From Podarcis muralis (Eukaryota), in contig NC_135662.1 in assembly GCF_964188315.1 (NCBI RefSeq), positions 7,688,001-7,752,000 on the forward strand: 64,000 nt of DNA, in the 5' to 3' direction. Shown here one piece after another: positions 62,650 through 64,000 of this stretch. Under the pieces are notes generated by a model, which had not been told where the DNA came from, made no database searches, and worked only from the letters and a program-made list of their open reading frames with translations. The position numbers and the translations under genes are program-made. How positions within the stretch are numbered: position 1 is the stretch's first letter; each line of letters opens with the position of its first letter.

Positions 62650-63863
62650 TTACACCCCACCCATCTGGCTTGGTTTCTGCAGCCACTCTGGGCAGCTCCC
62701 AGCAGAACACTAAAAATATGATAAAACTTCAAACATTAAAAACTTTCGTAAACAGGGCTGCCTTCAGATGTCTCCTTAAAGTCTTCTAAAAGTCAGATAG
62801 TTGGTACATGACCCCAGTCAAGTTAGCTAAGATATACCATCTGTCTGATAATAAATGTTGGAAATGTAAGGAGGCAGAAGGGACATTCTTTCACCTTTGG
62901 TGGACCTGCCCAAAAGTGAAGGCCTACTGGGAAATGATTCACAATGAGTTAAAAAAGGTATTTAGGTATACCTTCCCTAAGAAACCAGAGGCATGGTGGA
63001 CCAGAGGGTGTTAAAGAAGGACAGAACTTTGTTTATGTACGCTACCACAGCAGCAAGAATTCTTCTTGCAAAGCACTGGAAGACTCAAGATCTACCCACG
63101 TTGGAGGAGTGGCAGACGCAGTTGATGGACTATATGCAACTGGCTGAAATGACTGGCAGAATCCGAGATCTGGGAGAGGAAACAATGGAAGAGGACTGGA
63201 AAAAATTTAAGGACTATTTGCAAAAACATTATAAGTTGTATGAATGTTAAGAAATATGCACGATTAGGAAATTTTTGCTTTAGCAACTTGATTAGGTAAA
63301 CTGAAAATTAAGACAAGAAAAAAGAGGTGGTAATATGAATCAACTTTATTATGTTAATTTTAAATGTACAAAGTTTGGGATATGAGATTGTGAAATCGGA
63401 AACATAATAACTGAAAGATACAGTAAGTTAAGAAACAAGGTAACAAATTGCTGAAACTTTTATTGCAAAGAACGCAGGGTCTGGAGGATGTGGGGAAGTC
63501 CACCTGGAATATTGAAAAAACTATTGAAAGTTGGACAGAAATAACCTTTTTTTGTTTTCTATTACTTCTTTTTGTATTTGTTTCTTGCACTTTCTTATTG
63601 TTATTTTGTGTTTATGAACCTAAGAAAAGAAACTCAATAAAAAATATTTAAAAAATAAAAATAAAAGTCAGATAGTTGTTTATTTCCTTGACATCTGATG
63701 GGAGGGTATTCCACAGGGCAGGCACCACTACCAAGAAGGCCCTCTTTCCATGGTTCCCTGTAACCTCACGTCTCACAGTGAGGGAAGAGCCAGAAGGCCC
63801 TTGGAGCTGGACCTCAATGTCCAGCAGAATGACGGGTGTGGAGACGCTCCTTCGGGTATACTG
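62604..63863 (-). mobile_element. L2-clade LINE 3' fragment split by an L1 insertion
   Basis: (TAA)n tail at 62601-62648, acagggctgccttcagatg block, resuming at 63663 with gtcagatagttgtttatttccttgacatctgatggg. Confidence 0.88.
62804..63662 (+). mobile_element. L1/Tx1-clade LINE 3' fragment with 16-bp TSD
   Basis: CWKCKEAEGTFFHLWWTC knuckle, MYATTAARILLAKHWK, aataaa plus A-rich tail, TSD aaaagtcagatagttg at 62788-62803 and 63663-63678. Confidence 0.92.
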
Positions 63864-64000
63864 AAGTTAAGGAAAAATGTGTACTAAAATCCTGGTGAAT
63901 TTTCAAGAGGGTTTTTTATTCAAAATGTAAATGTGGCAAATATTGGAGAATTTCAGATTGAATTTGAGACCGGAGAAAATGAGAAATGGCAGGAAACTGA

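Overview
Vertebrate genomic DNA, almost certainly a squamate and probably a lacertid lizard, judged from Sauria SINEs, BovB, CR1, L2, L1/Tx1 and Tigger-like MITEs; two N-gaps lie at 28439-28572 and 37853-37980. The left half (1-30 kb) is a cluster of MAS-related GPCR (MAS1/MRGPR-family) genes on the minus strand. It has three intact near-identical receptors in ~6.7-7.5 kb tandem units, two broken pseudogene copies, and, after the gap, one divergent intact receptor whose DRY- and NPxxY-equivalent motifs are both altered (DSC, KPLIY). The tandem copies are mosaics. N-terminus, ECL1, ECL2 and ECL3 types are combined differently in each copy, pocket charge runs from basic to acidic, and MITE presence/absence markers show all four two-locus combinations, which points to recurrent unequal exchange or gene conversion. 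Each intact tandem copy has a predicted 85-nt 5'UTR exon carrying upstream ATGs. The right half has no recognisable host coding gene. It holds an inverted duplicate of a ~1.6 kb promoter/first-exon-like block (32.05-33.7 kb vs 45.9-47.5 kb) and many transposable elements, including a young 5'-truncated CR1. All alignments and identities were estimated by eye.
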